NCBI GenBank assembly: GCA_041655535.1
Contig: JBBAFH010000003.1
Coordinates: 72,910 to 136,909, forward strand
DNA from: Bacilli bacterium
GTDB taxonomy: Bacteria; Bacillota_I; Bacilli_A; RF39; UBA660
Direction: 5' to 3'
Length of the DNA stretch: 64,000 nucleotides
Positions 23,736-34,600 of this stretch are shown in pieces. The notes under the pieces are model-generated. The model was not told where the DNA came from, made no database searches, and saw only the letters and a list, made by a program, of their open reading frames with translations. Every line of letters starts with the position of its first letter. Within the stretch, counting starts at the first letter, position 1. Made by a program: the position numbers and the translations under genes.

Positions 23736-23990
23736 ATGAAAATAGAAGATAAGGTAAGAAAATTAATTGAAGATGTTATGAGTGAAAACAATTATCAGTT
23801 AGATGAAGTAAAATATGAAAAAGAAGATAATCATCAATTTTTAAGAATCATTATTGATAAAGATGGAATTATTGATATTGATGATTGCGTTTTTGTTAAT
23901 AATCTTATTAGTCCACTTTTGGATGAAAACGATTTTATTAAAGAAAGTTATATTTTAGACGTATGTTCTAAAGAGAGAGGAAGGGAATAA
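23736..23990 (+). CDS. rimP: ribosome maturation factor RimP, short form (N-terminal domain only, 84 aa)
   Basis: MKIEDKVRKLIEDVMSENNYQLDEVKYEKEDNHQFLRIIIDKDGIIDIDDCVFVNNLISPLLDE... matches the RimP N-domain and sits immediately upstream of nusA. GGAGG 5 nt upstream of ATG 23736. Stops 1 nt before nusA, so there is no C-terminal domain. Confidence 0.65.
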   Translation: MKIEDKVRKLIEDVMSENNYQLDEVKYEKEDNHQFLRIIIDKDGIIDIDDCVFVNNLISPLLDENDFIKESYILDVCSKERGRE

Positions 23991-23991
23991 A

Positions 23992-25125
23992 ATGGATATA
24001 AAAGCATTTAATGGTGCACTTGAGTTATTGATGAAAGAAAAAGGCGTTAACGAAGATATTGTTTTTGATGCACTTGAACTGGCGCTTACTTCTGCATACA
24101 AAAAAAATTATAAATCACTATCTAACGTTAGGGTAGATATTAATCGTGATACAGGTGATATCAAGGTATATTCATTTAAAACAGTAGTTGATCCAGAAAG
24201 TGAAGTAGAGATTGTTGTTGATGAGACCTTTGATGGAGAAGACATAATAGAAAAAGTAAAATTGCCATTTGATGAAAGAATACATTTAACACTTGAACAA
24301 GCAAGAGCTATCGTACCAAATATTGAACTAGGGGAAACAATTGAAGAAGAAGTAACACCAAAGGATTTTGGTCGTGTTGCGGCTGCCACAGCTAAACAAG
24401 TTGTTATACAAAAAATCCGTGAAGCTGAAAGAAATATAATAAATGAAGAATATGGCGACAAACAAGATGAAATGATCAGCGGAATTGTCGCTATGGAAGA
24501 CGTTCGTAATTATTATATTGATTTTGGAAAAATTCAAGGAATCTTACCTAAAACCGAAATAATACCGAGCGAGGAAATAAAAATGGGTTCAAATATTAAG
24601 GTTTATGTAACTAAAGTTGAAAGTAATTCAAAAGGAACTGTAATCTTATTATCACGTAATCATTATGGATTTGTAAAACGCTTATTTGAATTGGAAATAC
24701 CTGAAATTGAAGAAGGAATTATCCTTGTTTATAGTGTTGCGCGTGAAGCGGGTAACCGTACTAAAATAGCTGTATATTCTGAAAATTCAAGTGTTGATGC
24801 AGTTGGAGCTTGTATTGGTGAAGGTGGAAGTCGAATTAATCGTATTATTAGTGAATTAAATGGTGAAAAAATCGATGTTATTTTATATGAAAAGGACCCA
24901 TCTAAATTTATTGCTAATGCTTTAAGTCCGGCCAAAGATGTTCGAGTTTTTATAACTGATGAAGCAAATAAAGGAGCTATGGTTGTTGTTAATAACGAAA
25001 ACCTTCCACTTGCTATTGGTAAAAAAGGATCAAACGTGCGTTTAGCAGCCCGTCTAACCCATTACCGACTTGATATAAAAACTTATGAACAAGCAAAAGA
25101 AGAAGGAATAAATATTATAGAATAA
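23992..25125 (+). CDS. nusA: transcription termination/antitermination factor NusA
   Basis: 377 aa, S1 + KH domains. Confidence 0.9.
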   Translation: MDIKAFNGALELLMKEKGVNEDIVFDALELALTSAYKKNYKSLSNVRVDINRDTGDIKVYSFKTVVDPESEVEIVVDETFDGEDIIEKVKLPFDERIHLTLEQARAIVPNIELGETIEEEVTPKDFGRVAAATAKQVVIQKIREAERNIINEEYGDKQDEMISGIVAMEDVRNYYIDFGKIQGILPKTEIIPSEEIKMGSNIKVYVTKVESNSKGTVILLSRNHYGFVKRLFELEIPEIEEGIILVYSVAREAGNRTKIAVYSENSSVDAVGACIGEGGSRINRIISELNGEKIDVILYEKDPSKFIANALSPAKDVRVFITDEANKGAMVVVNNENLPLAIGKKGSNVRLAARLTHYRLDIKTYEQAKEEGINIIE

Positions 25126-25137
25126 AGGAGGATTTTT

Positions 25138-25398
25138 ATGAAATTAAAAAAAATCCCTATGCGTAGATGTATAGTTACTAAAGAACAATTACCTAAGTCT
25201 GAACTTATCAGAGTTGTTAGAACTCCTGAAAATGAAGTAGTAATTGATATAACTGGTAAACAAAACGGACGCGGAGCATATCTTAAAAGAGATAATAATG
25301 TTATAGAAAAAGCATGTAAAACCAAAATTTTAAGTAGACATTTAGAAATAGAAGTGCCGAATGTGCTTTTTGAGGAGCTACGAGAAATGATTAAATAA
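25138..25398 (+). CDS. ylxR: YlxR/RnpM family (DUF448) RNA-binding protein
   Basis: 86 aa, ...PMRRCIVTKEQLPKSELIRVV...GRGAYL... In the canonical nusA-ylxR-infB position. Confidence 0.8.
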   Translation: MKLKKIPMRRCIVTKEQLPKSELIRVVRTPENEVVIDITGKQNGRGAYLKRDNNVIEKACKTKILSRHLEIEVPNVLFEELREMIK

Positions 25399-25414
25399 GA
25401 AAGAGGTGACCGAT

Positions 25415-27499
25415 ATGATGAGTGTGCAAGAATACGCTAAAGAAATGAATAAAACGGAAGAGGAAATACTTAATTATTGCCTTGGTCTAGGGATAGAGGT
25501 GACTAATAAAGACGACATGTTATCTGAAGATGCCATTATTGAGTTGGATAACATTATTGAATTAGATGTTGATGACGAAGAAACTTTAGAGCTTGTTGAT
25601 ACTACAAAAATCAAAGTTGAGGAAACTAGTAAAAACCGTAAGGTAATAAAGAAAAAGCCAACAACTGTTAATTCGAAAGAGGAATTAGCTAATCAAAAAA
25701 AGAAAATGTATAAAAACAAGGAAAAATTAACTTCTAATGTTTCTGTTACAAACGATAATGTTGTTCTTTATAAAGAAAACATGTCTATTAAGGAATTTGC
25801 GGAAGCATTAGGTGTTAATTCAGCCGAAATTATAAAAAAGCTATTTACTTTAGGAATTATGGCTAATGTTAATAATAGTATTAATTTTGATAGTGCCGAG
25901 ATTTTGACCATTGACTATAATAAAGAATTAAAACGTGAAGAAACAGCTGACATTTGTAATTTTGAAGAATTTGAAATTATCGATGATCCAAAAAATCTTG
26001 TTCCAAGACCAGCAATCGTTACAATCATGGGACATGTTGATCACGGAAAAACAACGCTACTTGATACAATTAGAAAAGCTAATATAGCATCTGGTGAAGC
26101 AGGAGGTATTACTCAAACGATTGGAGCATACCAAACAAAATGTAATGATCGTTTAATTACCTTTATCGACACTCCAGGACATGAAGCATTTACTGAAATG
26201 CGTGCTCGTGGCGCGAGTGTAACCGACATTGTTATAATTATTGTCGCAGCTGATGATGGAATTATGCCACAAACAAAAGAAGCTATCGATCATGCGAAAG
26301 CATCAGATGTACCGATTATTGTTGCAATTAATAAAATTGATAAACAAGGTGCGAATTCAGAAAGAATAATGACTGAATTATCAGAGTATGGATTAATGCC
26401 TGATACTTGGGGTGGAGAAACATTATATAATCAAATATCCGCTCTTAACGGTGATGGAATAAGTGAATTGTTAGAAAGTATTTTATTGATTTCTGAGATG
26501 CAAGATTATCGTGCAAATCCAAATCGCTATGCAAGTGGAACCGTTATTGAATCTCGTCTAGACAAGCATACTGGATCAGTAGTAACTCTTATTGTTCAAA
26601 ACGGAACTTTAAGAATAGGCGATCCGATTGTTGTTGGAACTTGTTTTGGTAAAGTAAGAACTATGAAAAATGAAAATGGTCAAGAAATAACAGAAGCTTC
26701 TCCATCTCAACCAGTATTCATTACTGGTTTATCAGAAATTCCTGTTGCTGGTGACAAATTTATGGCTTTTGAGACAGAGAAAGAAGCTAGATGCATTGCT
26801 GAGGAACGAAAAAGAAAACAACAAGATAATAATAGTAATATAAAAGAAGCAGTCACTCTTGATGATATTTTTTCAAAAATACAAGATGGTGTAAAAACAG
26901 TTAATGTAATTGTTAAAGCAGACTTAAATGGAAGTGCAGAAGCAGTTAAATTTACTCTTGAAAGAATAGAAGTTGAAGGAGTTCGTGTTAAAGTAACAAG
27001 AAGTAGTGTTGGAGCTATTACAGAAAGCGATATTTTACTTGCAAAGGCTGCTGATGCTATAATTATTGGATTTAACGTTAGACCAAGTAATGAAATTAGA
27101 AATTATGCAAAAGATAATAATGTGGAAATAAGACTATATGATATTATTTATAAAGCTGTTGAAGAAATGGAAGCCGCAATGAAAGGTATGCTTGAACCAA
27201 CATATGAAGAAAAAGTAATTGGTAGTTCTGAAGTACGTCAATTATTTAAGTTTTCAAAAGTTGGTACCATTGCTGGTTCGTATGTTATAGATGGTATTGT
27301 AAAATCAAATTCACAAGTTAGAATTATTCGTGATGGAATTGTTATTTACACAGGTCAAATTCAAAGTATTCAACGTGAAAAGGATTCTGTTAAAGAAGTA
27401 AAAAAAGGATATGAATGTGGAATAACAATTGAAGATTACAACGATTTAAAAGTTGGAGATATTATTGAAGCTTTCGAAATGGTCGAAACAAAGAAATAG
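25415..27499 (+). CDS. infB: translation initiation factor IF-2
   Basis: G domain [24 protein letters not shown]. The ATG at 25415 is preferred (AGAGG 8 nt upstream); a GTG at 25406 is also in frame. Confidence 0.9.
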   Translation: MMSVQEYAKEMNKTEEEILNYCLGLGIEVTNKDDMLSEDAIIELDNIIELDVDDEETLELVDTTKIKVEETSKNRKVIKKKPTTVNSKEELANQKKKMYKNKEKLTSNVSVTNDNVVLYKENMSIKEFAEALGVNSAEIIKKLFTLGIMANVNNSINFDSAEILTIDYNKELKREETADICNFEEFEIIDDPKNLVPRPAIVTIMGHVDHGKTTLLDTIRKANIASGEAGGITQTIGAYQTKCNDRLITFIDTPGHEAFTEMRARGASVTDIVIIIVAADDGIMPQTKEAIDHAKASDVPIIVAINKIDKQGANSERIMTELSEYGLMPDTWGGETLYNQISALNGDGISELLESILLISEMQDYRANPNRYASGTVIESRLDKHTGSVVTLIVQNGTLRIGDPIVVGTCFGKVRTMKNENGQEITEASPSQPVFITGLSEIPVAGDKFMAFETEKEARCIAEERKRKQQDNNSNIKEAVTLDDIFSKIQDGVKTVNVIVKADLNGSAEAVKFTLERIEVEGVRVKVTRSSVGAITESDILLAKAADAIIIGFNVRPSNEIRNYAKDNNVEIRLYDIIYKAVEEMEAAMKGMLEPTYEEKVIGSSEVRQLFKFSKVGTIAGSYVIDGIVKSNSQVRIIRDGIVIYTGQIQSIQREKDSVKEVKKGYECGITIEDYNDLKVGDIIEAFEMVETKK

Positions 27500-27506
27500 G
27501 TGAAAT

Positions 27507-27842
27507 ATGAGTATTAAAATAAATAGGTTAGCAAACATTCTTGTTCAAGAGATTAGTTATATTTTATCAACAGAAGTGAAAGATAAAAACATAAAATTTG
27601 TAACCGTAACAGATGTTAAATTAACTAATGATTTAAGTTTTGCTAAGGTTTATGTTACAGTTTTAGATGATGATAAAAGAGAAGAGATAATGACGTCTTT
27701 AAATAAAGCAAAAGGTTTTATTAGAAGTCAATTACACGACCGTGTTGACATGAGATATATACCTGAAATTAATTTTATTTATGATGAATCAATTGAATAT
27801 GGAACTAAAATCGAAAATATTATTAATAAACTTAATAACTAA
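27507..27842 (+). CDS. rbfA: ribosome-binding factor A
   Basis: 111 aa, MSIKINRLANILVQEISYIL... Confidence 0.9.
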   Translation: MSIKINRLANILVQEISYILSTEVKDKNIKFVTVTDVKLTNDLSFAKVYVTVLDDDKREEIMTSLNKAKGFIRSQLHDRVDMRYIPEINFIYDESIEYGTKIENIINKLNN

Positions 27843-27871
27843 AAAAACCTGCTCAGCAGGTTTTCTTTTTA
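27841..27871. terminator. bidirectional Rho-independent terminator (rbfA on +, membrane protein gene on -)
   Basis: A7-AACCTGC-tca-GCAGGTT-T-rich. Confidence 0.7.
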
Positions 27872-28540
27872 TTATTTTCGATGCTTGTTACCAATTCGAA
27901 CATTGATCGATTTAATATTTGGGAAAGCTTTGATTAAACGTTTTGTTAATAAAGATTTTGATAATAAAATTTCTTTAACTTTTTCGGTAATCTCTTCTGT
28001 ATAATCCTTTTTTAATACTTCAGCAGTTGTTCTTATTTTCCTAATTACTTTAAATGATATAATAATATCCACAATAAATATAATTCCAATAATGATAGTT
28101 AATATCGTTAATGTATTAACATTTAAGTTGTTAATAAAATTATTAAGTGGCGGATTCAATATATAAATCATAAAAGATCCAAGTAATCCAAAAAATATTA
28201 GGTTTTGCAAACAAATTCTTCCATTAAGATTAAATTTAAGATTCGAATAGTCCCACCATCTAGCGCGGAAAGCCTTTTCCATAATGTAGCTTGTGAAGTA
28301 TTCCACAATAGCAGCAATTAACATAATGATTATAAATAACAAAAAGAAATCTTCTTTATATTCGCTAGCTAATAAAATTATAAAAATAGCCGACAGACCG
28401 TATATTGGACAATATGGTCCAATTAAGAATCCTCGATTGGCAAATTTCTTTTTATCAATACTAACGAAAATTGTTTCTGACACCCATCCTAAAAATGAAT
28501 ATATCATAAATAAAGAATAATAAAATAAAAACCAATTCAT
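27872..28540 (-). CDS. polytopic membrane protein (putative ABC-transporter type IV / DUF1113-like)
   Basis: 222 aa, 6 predicted TM segments. YSFLGWVSETIF motif near the N-terminus. Confidence 0.5.
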   Translation of the reverse strand: MNWFLFYYSLFMIYSFLGWVSETIFVSIDKKKFANRGFLIGPYCPIYGLSAIFIILLASEYKEDFFLLFIIIMLIAAIVEYFTSYIMEKAFRARWWDYSNLKFNLNGRICLQNLIFFGLLGSFMIYILNPPLNNFINNLNVNTLTILTIIIGIIFIVDIIISFKVIRKIRTTAEVLKKDYTEEITEKVKEILLSKSLLTKRLIKAFPNIKSINVRIGNKHRK

Positions 28541-28625
28541 GAAATTCCTCCTGCCATTTATTTTGTCTATATATATTTTACACTTTTTTTAATGACTTGT
28601 CTATTCAAATATATGTGTTATTAAG

Positions 28626-28652
28626 ACAAAAAAGAGAACCGACGGTTCTCTA
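28626..28652 (-). terminator. Rho-independent terminator downstream of the small Cys-rich ORF (minus strand)
   Basis: Palindrome AGAGAACCGaCGGTTCTCT followed, on the minus strand, by a T6 run. Confidence 0.55.
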
Positions 28653-28664
28653 TCATAGGCTCAG

Positions 28665-28832
28665 TTATTTGTCACATTCAGCATATACGTTTATATCAAC
28701 GCAAGTATTGTTATCTTTATCATAGCAATGAGGATGTTCTTTTTCACATTTTACATAAATATTTATAGTTACACAATTATCTTTTTTTTCGGGTCGTTTT
28801 TTAATATCCTTGTCAATTTCTTTTTCTTTCAT
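28665..28832 (-). CDS. small cysteine-rich protein (55 aa), not in the ORF track
   Basis: MKEKEIDKDIKKRPEKKDNCVTINIYVKCEKEHPHCYDKDNNTCVDINVYAECDK. Strong RBS AGGAGGTG 8 nt upstream, and a terminator downstream. Five Cys at a regular 6-8 residue spacing. Confidence 0.5.
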   Translation of the reverse strand: MKEKEIDKDIKKRPEKKDNCVTINIYVKCEKEHPHCYDKDNNTCVDINVYAECDK

Positions 28833-28917
28833 ACATTCTTCACCTCCTAAGATATAATATGCACAACTTTTTTTTCATAAATTGTAAATGTCTTAGGAGA
28901 AAATAAAAATTAAAAGA

Positions 28918-29709
28918 CTAATCATTTTTGACTAGTCTTTTCTCAATATAGTAGACAATATAGTACATAATGGCTGAAACAAGCGAAAGGATAATTACAC
29001 CAGTTATTACTAAGTCTAAATTAAATACTTGAGAACCATACATTATTAAATACCCAATTCCTTTTTTCGATACTAAAAATTCTCCCATTATAATTCCGAT
29101 CAAAGACATACTAACATTTATTTTCAAAGCGCTGATAATGTTATTAAAACTACTTGGTAGAACAAGTTTGAAAAACGTTTGCCCTTTATTCGCACCAAGA
29201 GACTTCATTAATTTTACTTTTACTGGATCGGTTTCATTGAAACCTTGCAACACATTAATAATTGTAACAATTACTGATATAAGTAAAGCCATTACAATAA
29301 TTGAACCTGTTTTGGCCCCAATCCATATAATGATAATTGGTCCGAGTGCTACTTTTGGTAAACTATTTAATATTATAAGATAAGGTTCTAAAATTTTAGA
29401 AATAAATTTATTCCACCATAATGCTGCCGCAATAATTATTCCAATAAGGGTTCCAAGAGTAAAACTAACCACTGTTTCATAAACTGTTGTAAAAATATGT
29501 TGATATAAATCATTTGTTTGATGTAGTGTTATAAGCGTTTCAATAACTTTAGAAGGACTTGAAGAAACAAAAGTGTTAATGATTTTAAAATCAGCAAGTA
29601 ATTGCCAAATTCCAAAAAAAAGTATGGATAAAAGTATTTGAATAAACAGAATAATAATTTTTTCTTGTTTGATTTTTTTTAAGTATTTAATATGCTCTTT
29701 ACTATACAT
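28918..29709 (-). CDS. ABC transporter permease, NitT/TauT (SsuC/TauC-like) family
   Basis: 6 TM segments and a binding-protein-dependent transport EAA-like region. The ATG at 29709 overlaps the stop of the upstream ATPase C-fragment in the form ATGTATAG. Confidence 0.8.
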   Translation of the reverse strand: MYSKEHIKYLKKIKQEKIIILFIQILLSILFFGIWQLLADFKIINTFVSSSPSKVIETLITLHQTNDLYQHIFTTVYETVVSFTLGTLIGIIIAAALWWNKFISKILEPYLIILNSLPKVALGPIIIIWIGAKTGSIIVMALLISVIVTIINVLQGFNETDPVKVKLMKSLGANKGQTFFKLVLPSSFNNIISALKINVSMSLIGIIMGEFLVSKKGIGYLIMYGSQVFNLDLVITGVIILSLVSAIMYYIVYYIEKRLVKND

Positions 29710-29881
29710 GAAAATCAATTTCTTTCCATATTAAATCGTAGTAATACGCAAATTCTTTGGCTTTTCTGTTCTCGATAGGTGATGATTTATCTGTTAATTC
29801 TATATTATAAATACTTTTAATTGTTCCAGGCCTCTTTGTTAAAACAATAATTCGGTCTGCCATGCTTATGGCTTCACTCAT
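29702..29881 (-). pseudogene. C-terminal fragment of the NitT/TauT ABC ATPase gene split by the insertion
   Basis: MSEAISMADRIIVLTKRPGTIKSIYNIELTD...EIDFHV continues the H-loop region (VTHDIS|EAI...) of the ATPase whose N-terminal part is at 41858..42445. The ATG is created at the junction. Confidence 0.7.
29867..29881. repeat. left junction repeat (attL-like) TATGGCTTCACTCAT
   Basis: 13/15 identical to the right-end repeat. Contains the shared core CTTCACT (AGTGAAG on the gene strand). Confidence 0.55.
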
Positions 29882-30027
29882 AGGTACAATTAGTATGATA
29901 ATAAATTAACTTGACACATAAGCTTAATTAGGTGATGTTATGATAAAGTTAACAAAAGAACAACAGGTTAAAATTATTGCTTTTCTATTAAGGACTTCAA
30001 TTTCTAGGATGATTCAAAAGGATAATT

Positions 30028-31503
30028 GTGATAAAGTTGATTAATAATTTCAAAGTGGGTATTTATGTTAGAGTATCGACTGAAGATCAAAAAGAATTTG
30101 GTTATTCTATTCCACAACAAATAGACCTATTATCAAAACTAGCTAACAAAAACAATTGGTATATATATAAAATATATAATGATGCTGGGATAAGTGGAAA
30201 AAATACAGACCGTCCAAAGCTTAAAGAACTATTAGATGATATTAAAAATCAAAAAATAAATAAGGTTTTAATTACTAAGCTTGACAGATTATCAAGAAAT
30301 GTTGTTGATACGGCTACATTGTTAAATGTTTTTAATAGTTTTAATTGTGAGTTAATAGATAGTACAGGAAGAAAAATAGAATCAGATAATCCTAGTGATT
30401 GGTTATTTACTATCATTCAAAGTGCTTTTGGACAATACGAAAGAAAGGCAATTATCAATCGTATTAAAGATGGTTTTGCGGGCAAAGCGAAGATGGGGAA
30501 AACACTATGTAGTTCAACGCCACCATATGGATATAATCGTGAAAAAGGGAGTAATGAATTAATTGAAGACGAAGAGGAATCAACAATTGTAAAACGAATT
30601 TATAATATGTACCTTGATGGAAATACATTTGCAGATATTGCAAAAATACTTAATGCTTCAAAAATATTAACTAAAAAATCAAAAACTGGGAATAAAGTTA
30701 TTAAGTGGACTTCAAAAACAGTAAAGCTTATCTTGTCTAACTCAACTTATATAGGTAAAATTAGATATCATTTAAACAGGGATGATTACCAAGAATATAA
30801 TGGAACTCATATTCCTTTAATTGATATTGCAACATATAAAAAAGTTCAAGAAAAACATAAAAAAACAAGTTTAATATTTCGGACTAATAAACCCAAAGAG
30901 GATGTTTATTTTTGTGGAACCGTTGTGTGTGGGTGTTGCAATACGCTTTTAACAACACAAAGAACTAAAAGAAACAACAAAACATATTATGGCTATAGAT
31001 GTCGTAAACGTGAGTTAGGAACATGTAAAGGAACAAGTATAAGTCATAAAAAAGTTGAAAAGGCCTTTTTTAAATATTTAGAATCTATAAAACAATTTGA
31101 TATGATTGATAGTTTTGATGTTTCTTTTAATAATAATGATAATTTAGAAATTAGTGATTTAACAAAAAATATTAGCAAGTGTAAATCCAAAAAAAAAGAA
31201 ATAATGCAACTATTTATGAACGATAGTATTTCTAATGAGCAAATGAAGTTTATGATAAAAGAAATTACATCAAAAGATAAAATAATGAGTGAAAGGTTAA
31301 AAAAAATAAAAAATATACAAAAAACAAACCAAAACAATTTTGGAGGTATTTCTATTAATATAAGGAAACATTTTGAATTGTTAACTAATTTTGAACGACA
31401 TGAATTTTTAACACAGTTTATTGAATATATTGTCATAAAAAATGATGAAAAGAATAAAATAAATGGTTGCCCAGTGACGTTGAAAATAAAGTTTTATGAT
31501 TGA
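30028..31503 (+). CDS. large serine recombinase (resolvase/invertase catalytic domain + recombinase domain + zinc ribbon + coiled coil)
   Basis: N-terminal VGIYVRVSTEDQ (Ser nucleophile), KLDRLSRN. C-terminal Cys cluster CGTVVCGCCNTLLTTQRTKRNNKTYYGYRCRKRELGTCKG. Lys/Glu-rich coiled-coil tail. The exact start is ambiguous (GTG 30028, TTG 30037 or GTG 30055). Confidence 0.8.
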   Translation: MIKLINNFKVGIYVRVSTEDQKEFGYSIPQQIDLLSKLANKNNWYIYKIYNDAGISGKNTDRPKLKELLDDIKNQKINKVLITKLDRLSRNVVDTATLLNVFNSFNCELIDSTGRKIESDNPSDWLFTIIQSAFGQYERKAIINRIKDGFAGKAKMGKTLCSSTPPYGYNREKGSNELIEDEEESTIVKRIYNMYLDGNTFADIAKILNASKILTKKSKTGNKVIKWTSKTVKLILSNSTYIGKIRYHLNRDDYQEYNGTHIPLIDIATYKKVQEKHKKTSLIFRTNKPKEDVYFCGTVVCGCCNTLLTTQRTKRNNKTYYGYRCRKRELGTCKGTSISHKKVEKAFFKYLESIKQFDMIDSFDVSFNNNDNLEISDLTKNISKCKSKKKEIMQLFMNDSISNEQMKFMIKEITSKDKIMSERLKKIKNIQKTNQNNFGGISINIRKHFELLTNFERHEFLTQFIEYIVIKNDEKNKINGCPVTLKIKFYD

Positions 31504-31610
31504 TAAAAGCCTTTATGAGTCAATGTTATTAAGTTTTAATTTGATGGATTATGTGATATACTATATAAGTAGTAAGATAAATAAACAAACATAGGTGGTG
31601 GTGATTAAAG

Positions 31611-34600
31611 ATGATAAGCGGTAATGAATTTAATAGGATAAGAAAACATTATAATAAATTAATTAAAATGATTAATAATCATTTTTTTGTAGGTATTGTT
31701 AATGAGTGGATAATTGATAATTATTATTTATTAGTTGAACAAAAAGATTCTATCAAAAAGTTTACTAAAGATAAAAAAGCATATAGTTATACTAGTAAAT
31801 ATTTAAATATGTATGATGTTTTTAAAACTATTTTGGAAAAGTATAATTATAAAATAGATGAAAACATTATTATAAAAGAAGTGATTGATTATCAGAAAAC
31901 GACTGGTTATAATTTAAAATATAAAGAACTATCTATTATACCTTTAGTTATCAAAGTTTTGTTGTTAAGAGAAGTATCGATAATTTGTGAAGAAGAATCA
32001 TCAAAATTAAATGATAAAAAAGAAGTAAAAAATATTATTAACAAATTAAAGAAAATGGTTTTAAATAACGAGGAAATAGATTTAGCAAAGTATATAAATT
32101 TAAATAAAATGTCTAGTTATGGTGTTGTTTACTTTAATGAGCAATTTAAAGAGTTGGGAGAATATTCTAATGTAGTTTTCAAACAATTTAATAGTTTGTT
32201 AGAAAACAACAATAAAGTAATGATTGATATTATAAACAAGGAACATTTAAAGAGTACCGAGTCTAACATAATTATTAATAATATATTTTTAAGTTTTAAA
32301 GAAACTAACATTTTTGTTATGGAAAATATTTACGAAAAAGTTAATGATGTCGAGAAGTTACTTCAAGAAGATAAATTATATTCTAAAATGACTCTTGAAA
32401 CAAAAACTTTAATTCGTCAACATTTACTTAAACGCGCAAGACAAGACAAAGTTACTGCCGATACTTTAGTAAAAGATATTTTAGATGATTATAATAATAT
32501 TAGTGATGGACTTTTAAAAAAGAAGGATTATGGTTTTCTGAAGGTTATATTTTATCTAGTAATTGTATTTGCAATAACCGCTATTTTAAGCTATTATTTA
32601 TCAGTTTTTTTAACCAGTTATAGGTTATTAGGTTTTTTAGCACTTCTGATTCCAATTAGCGAAATAGTAAATATTGTTGTTCAAAATATGTTTTTAAGAC
32701 TATTTAGAACAAAACCATTGGCAAAACTAGATTTTTCAAAAGGAATACCATCTAATCATAAAACGATGGTTGTTATTCCAACTATTGTTAAAACTGAAGA
32801 AAAAATTAAACAAGTTTTTACTAGCTTAGAAAAGTATTATTTAATCAATAAAACAAGTAATTTATATTTCACTTTATTAAGTGATGCTTTTGAAAATAAT
32901 GAAGAAAATCACCAAAATGATTCTACTATTATTTCTTCTGGTGTGGCTGAAGCCGAAAGATTAAACAAAATATATGGTAAAAATATTTTTCATTTTGTCT
33001 ATCGCCGTCGTATATATAATAAAGGTGAAGGGACATGGCTAGGTTTTGAACGGAAAAGAGGGGCATTGCTTCATTTTAATGACTTGCTATTAGGTAATAT
33101 GAATGAAGAAGAACAAAAAAAATATTTTAAAGTTCATACTTTCCATAATTTTCATCATAAGATTAAATATGTAATTACTTTAGACGTAGATACTGAATTG
33201 GTTTTAAATAGTGCTTTAAAACTAGCTGGAACCATGGCACATCCTTTAAATAGACCCATTTTAAACGAATCAAAGACCAAGGTTATTGCTGGATACGGTA
33301 TATTACAACCTAGAATTAGTTTAGAAGTTGAAGCTAGCAATAAATCATTGTTTTCACAAATATATGCAGGAATTGGGGGCTTTGATCCATACAGTAATCT
33401 TTACCCTAACTTTTATCAAGATGTTTTTAAAGAAGGAACTTTTTATGGAAAAGGAATATATGACTTAAAGGTTTATCAACAAGTCTTAAAAAAACGTTTC
33501 CCAAACAATTTGATATTAAGTCATGATTTAGTTGAAGGAAATTATCTTCGTGCCGGGAATGTTACTGATATTGATTTAATTGATGGTTTTCCATCTAAAT
33601 TTTTAGTAGATGCTTCTAGACGCTCAAGATGGGCGAGAGGAGATATGCAAGTAATTAGTTGGATTGGAAATAAAGTTAGAAATGAATCTGGAATCAAAGA
33701 AAAAAATCCAATTAGTTTATTAGGTAAGTGGAAAATCATTGATAACATCAGACGCGGATTGATTAATGTATTTTTATTAATAATCCTTTTTCTAGCACTT
33801 AATAGTAATATTGTGAATCCCAACTGGTGGTTATTGTTTGTTATTTTAATATATATTTTACCAATCATTATTCAAGTTATCGAAAATTTTGTGATTAGTC
33901 GTTCTAGTTTTAGTTCCTTGAAATATTATCGCATATTAGTATTTGGTTATAGAGCACTTATTCTAAGAGCGATAACTGAACTATCAATAATTCCTTACAA
34001 TGCTTACTTATATTTAAACTCTTTTGTTCGTTCAATATATCGAATGACTATTAGTAAGAAGCATTTACTTAATTGGGTTACAGCTGATGACGCTGCTAAA
34101 TTAGTTAAAACTAATTTAGGTAATACAATTAAACAATTTTGGATCAACACTTTTTTAGCAATCATTTTAATTGTTTGGGCTTTATATTCTAAAGAACATC
34201 AATTATTAAAACTTGTTCTATCATTTATTTTTATGCTAGGTCCTGTTATTACCTATTTAATTAGTAAAGATTTAGCACACGATAAAAATAAAATTGAAAA
34301 AGATGGTATTGAAACATTAAATAATTTAGCTAAGAGTACTTGGAGTTACTTTAGTGACAATTTAACTGAAGAAAACAATTATTTAATTCCTGATAATTAT
34401 CAAGAAAATAGAGATATAAAACCAGATATTAAAACGTCACCAACTAACATTGGACTTTCGTTAGTATCGGTTATTTCAGCATGCGAATTAAAATTAATAA
34501 ATACTGATGAAGCACTTCATTTGCTCGAAAAAATAATTACATCTATTAAAAAATTAGATAAGTGGCATGGTCATCTATATAATTGGTATGATATTAAAAC

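Noticed and set aside
24108-24935. Minus-strand ORFs antisense to nusA, and similar ORFs antisense to infB, the giant gene (32129-32311, 33155-33340, 33542-33868, 35011-35193, 35711-35935, 36935-37159, 38540-38725), pgi, the ATPase and the SBP
   Set aside because: All are embedded in well-supported longer genes on the opposite strand or in another frame, and none has an RBS.
28905-28945. Inverted repeat AAAGACTAaTCA...TGACTAGTCTTT as a terminator or att site
   Set aside because: It overlaps the permease stop codon, has a mismatch, and is not followed by a T-run on the relevant strand. It is more likely coincidental coding-sequence symmetry.
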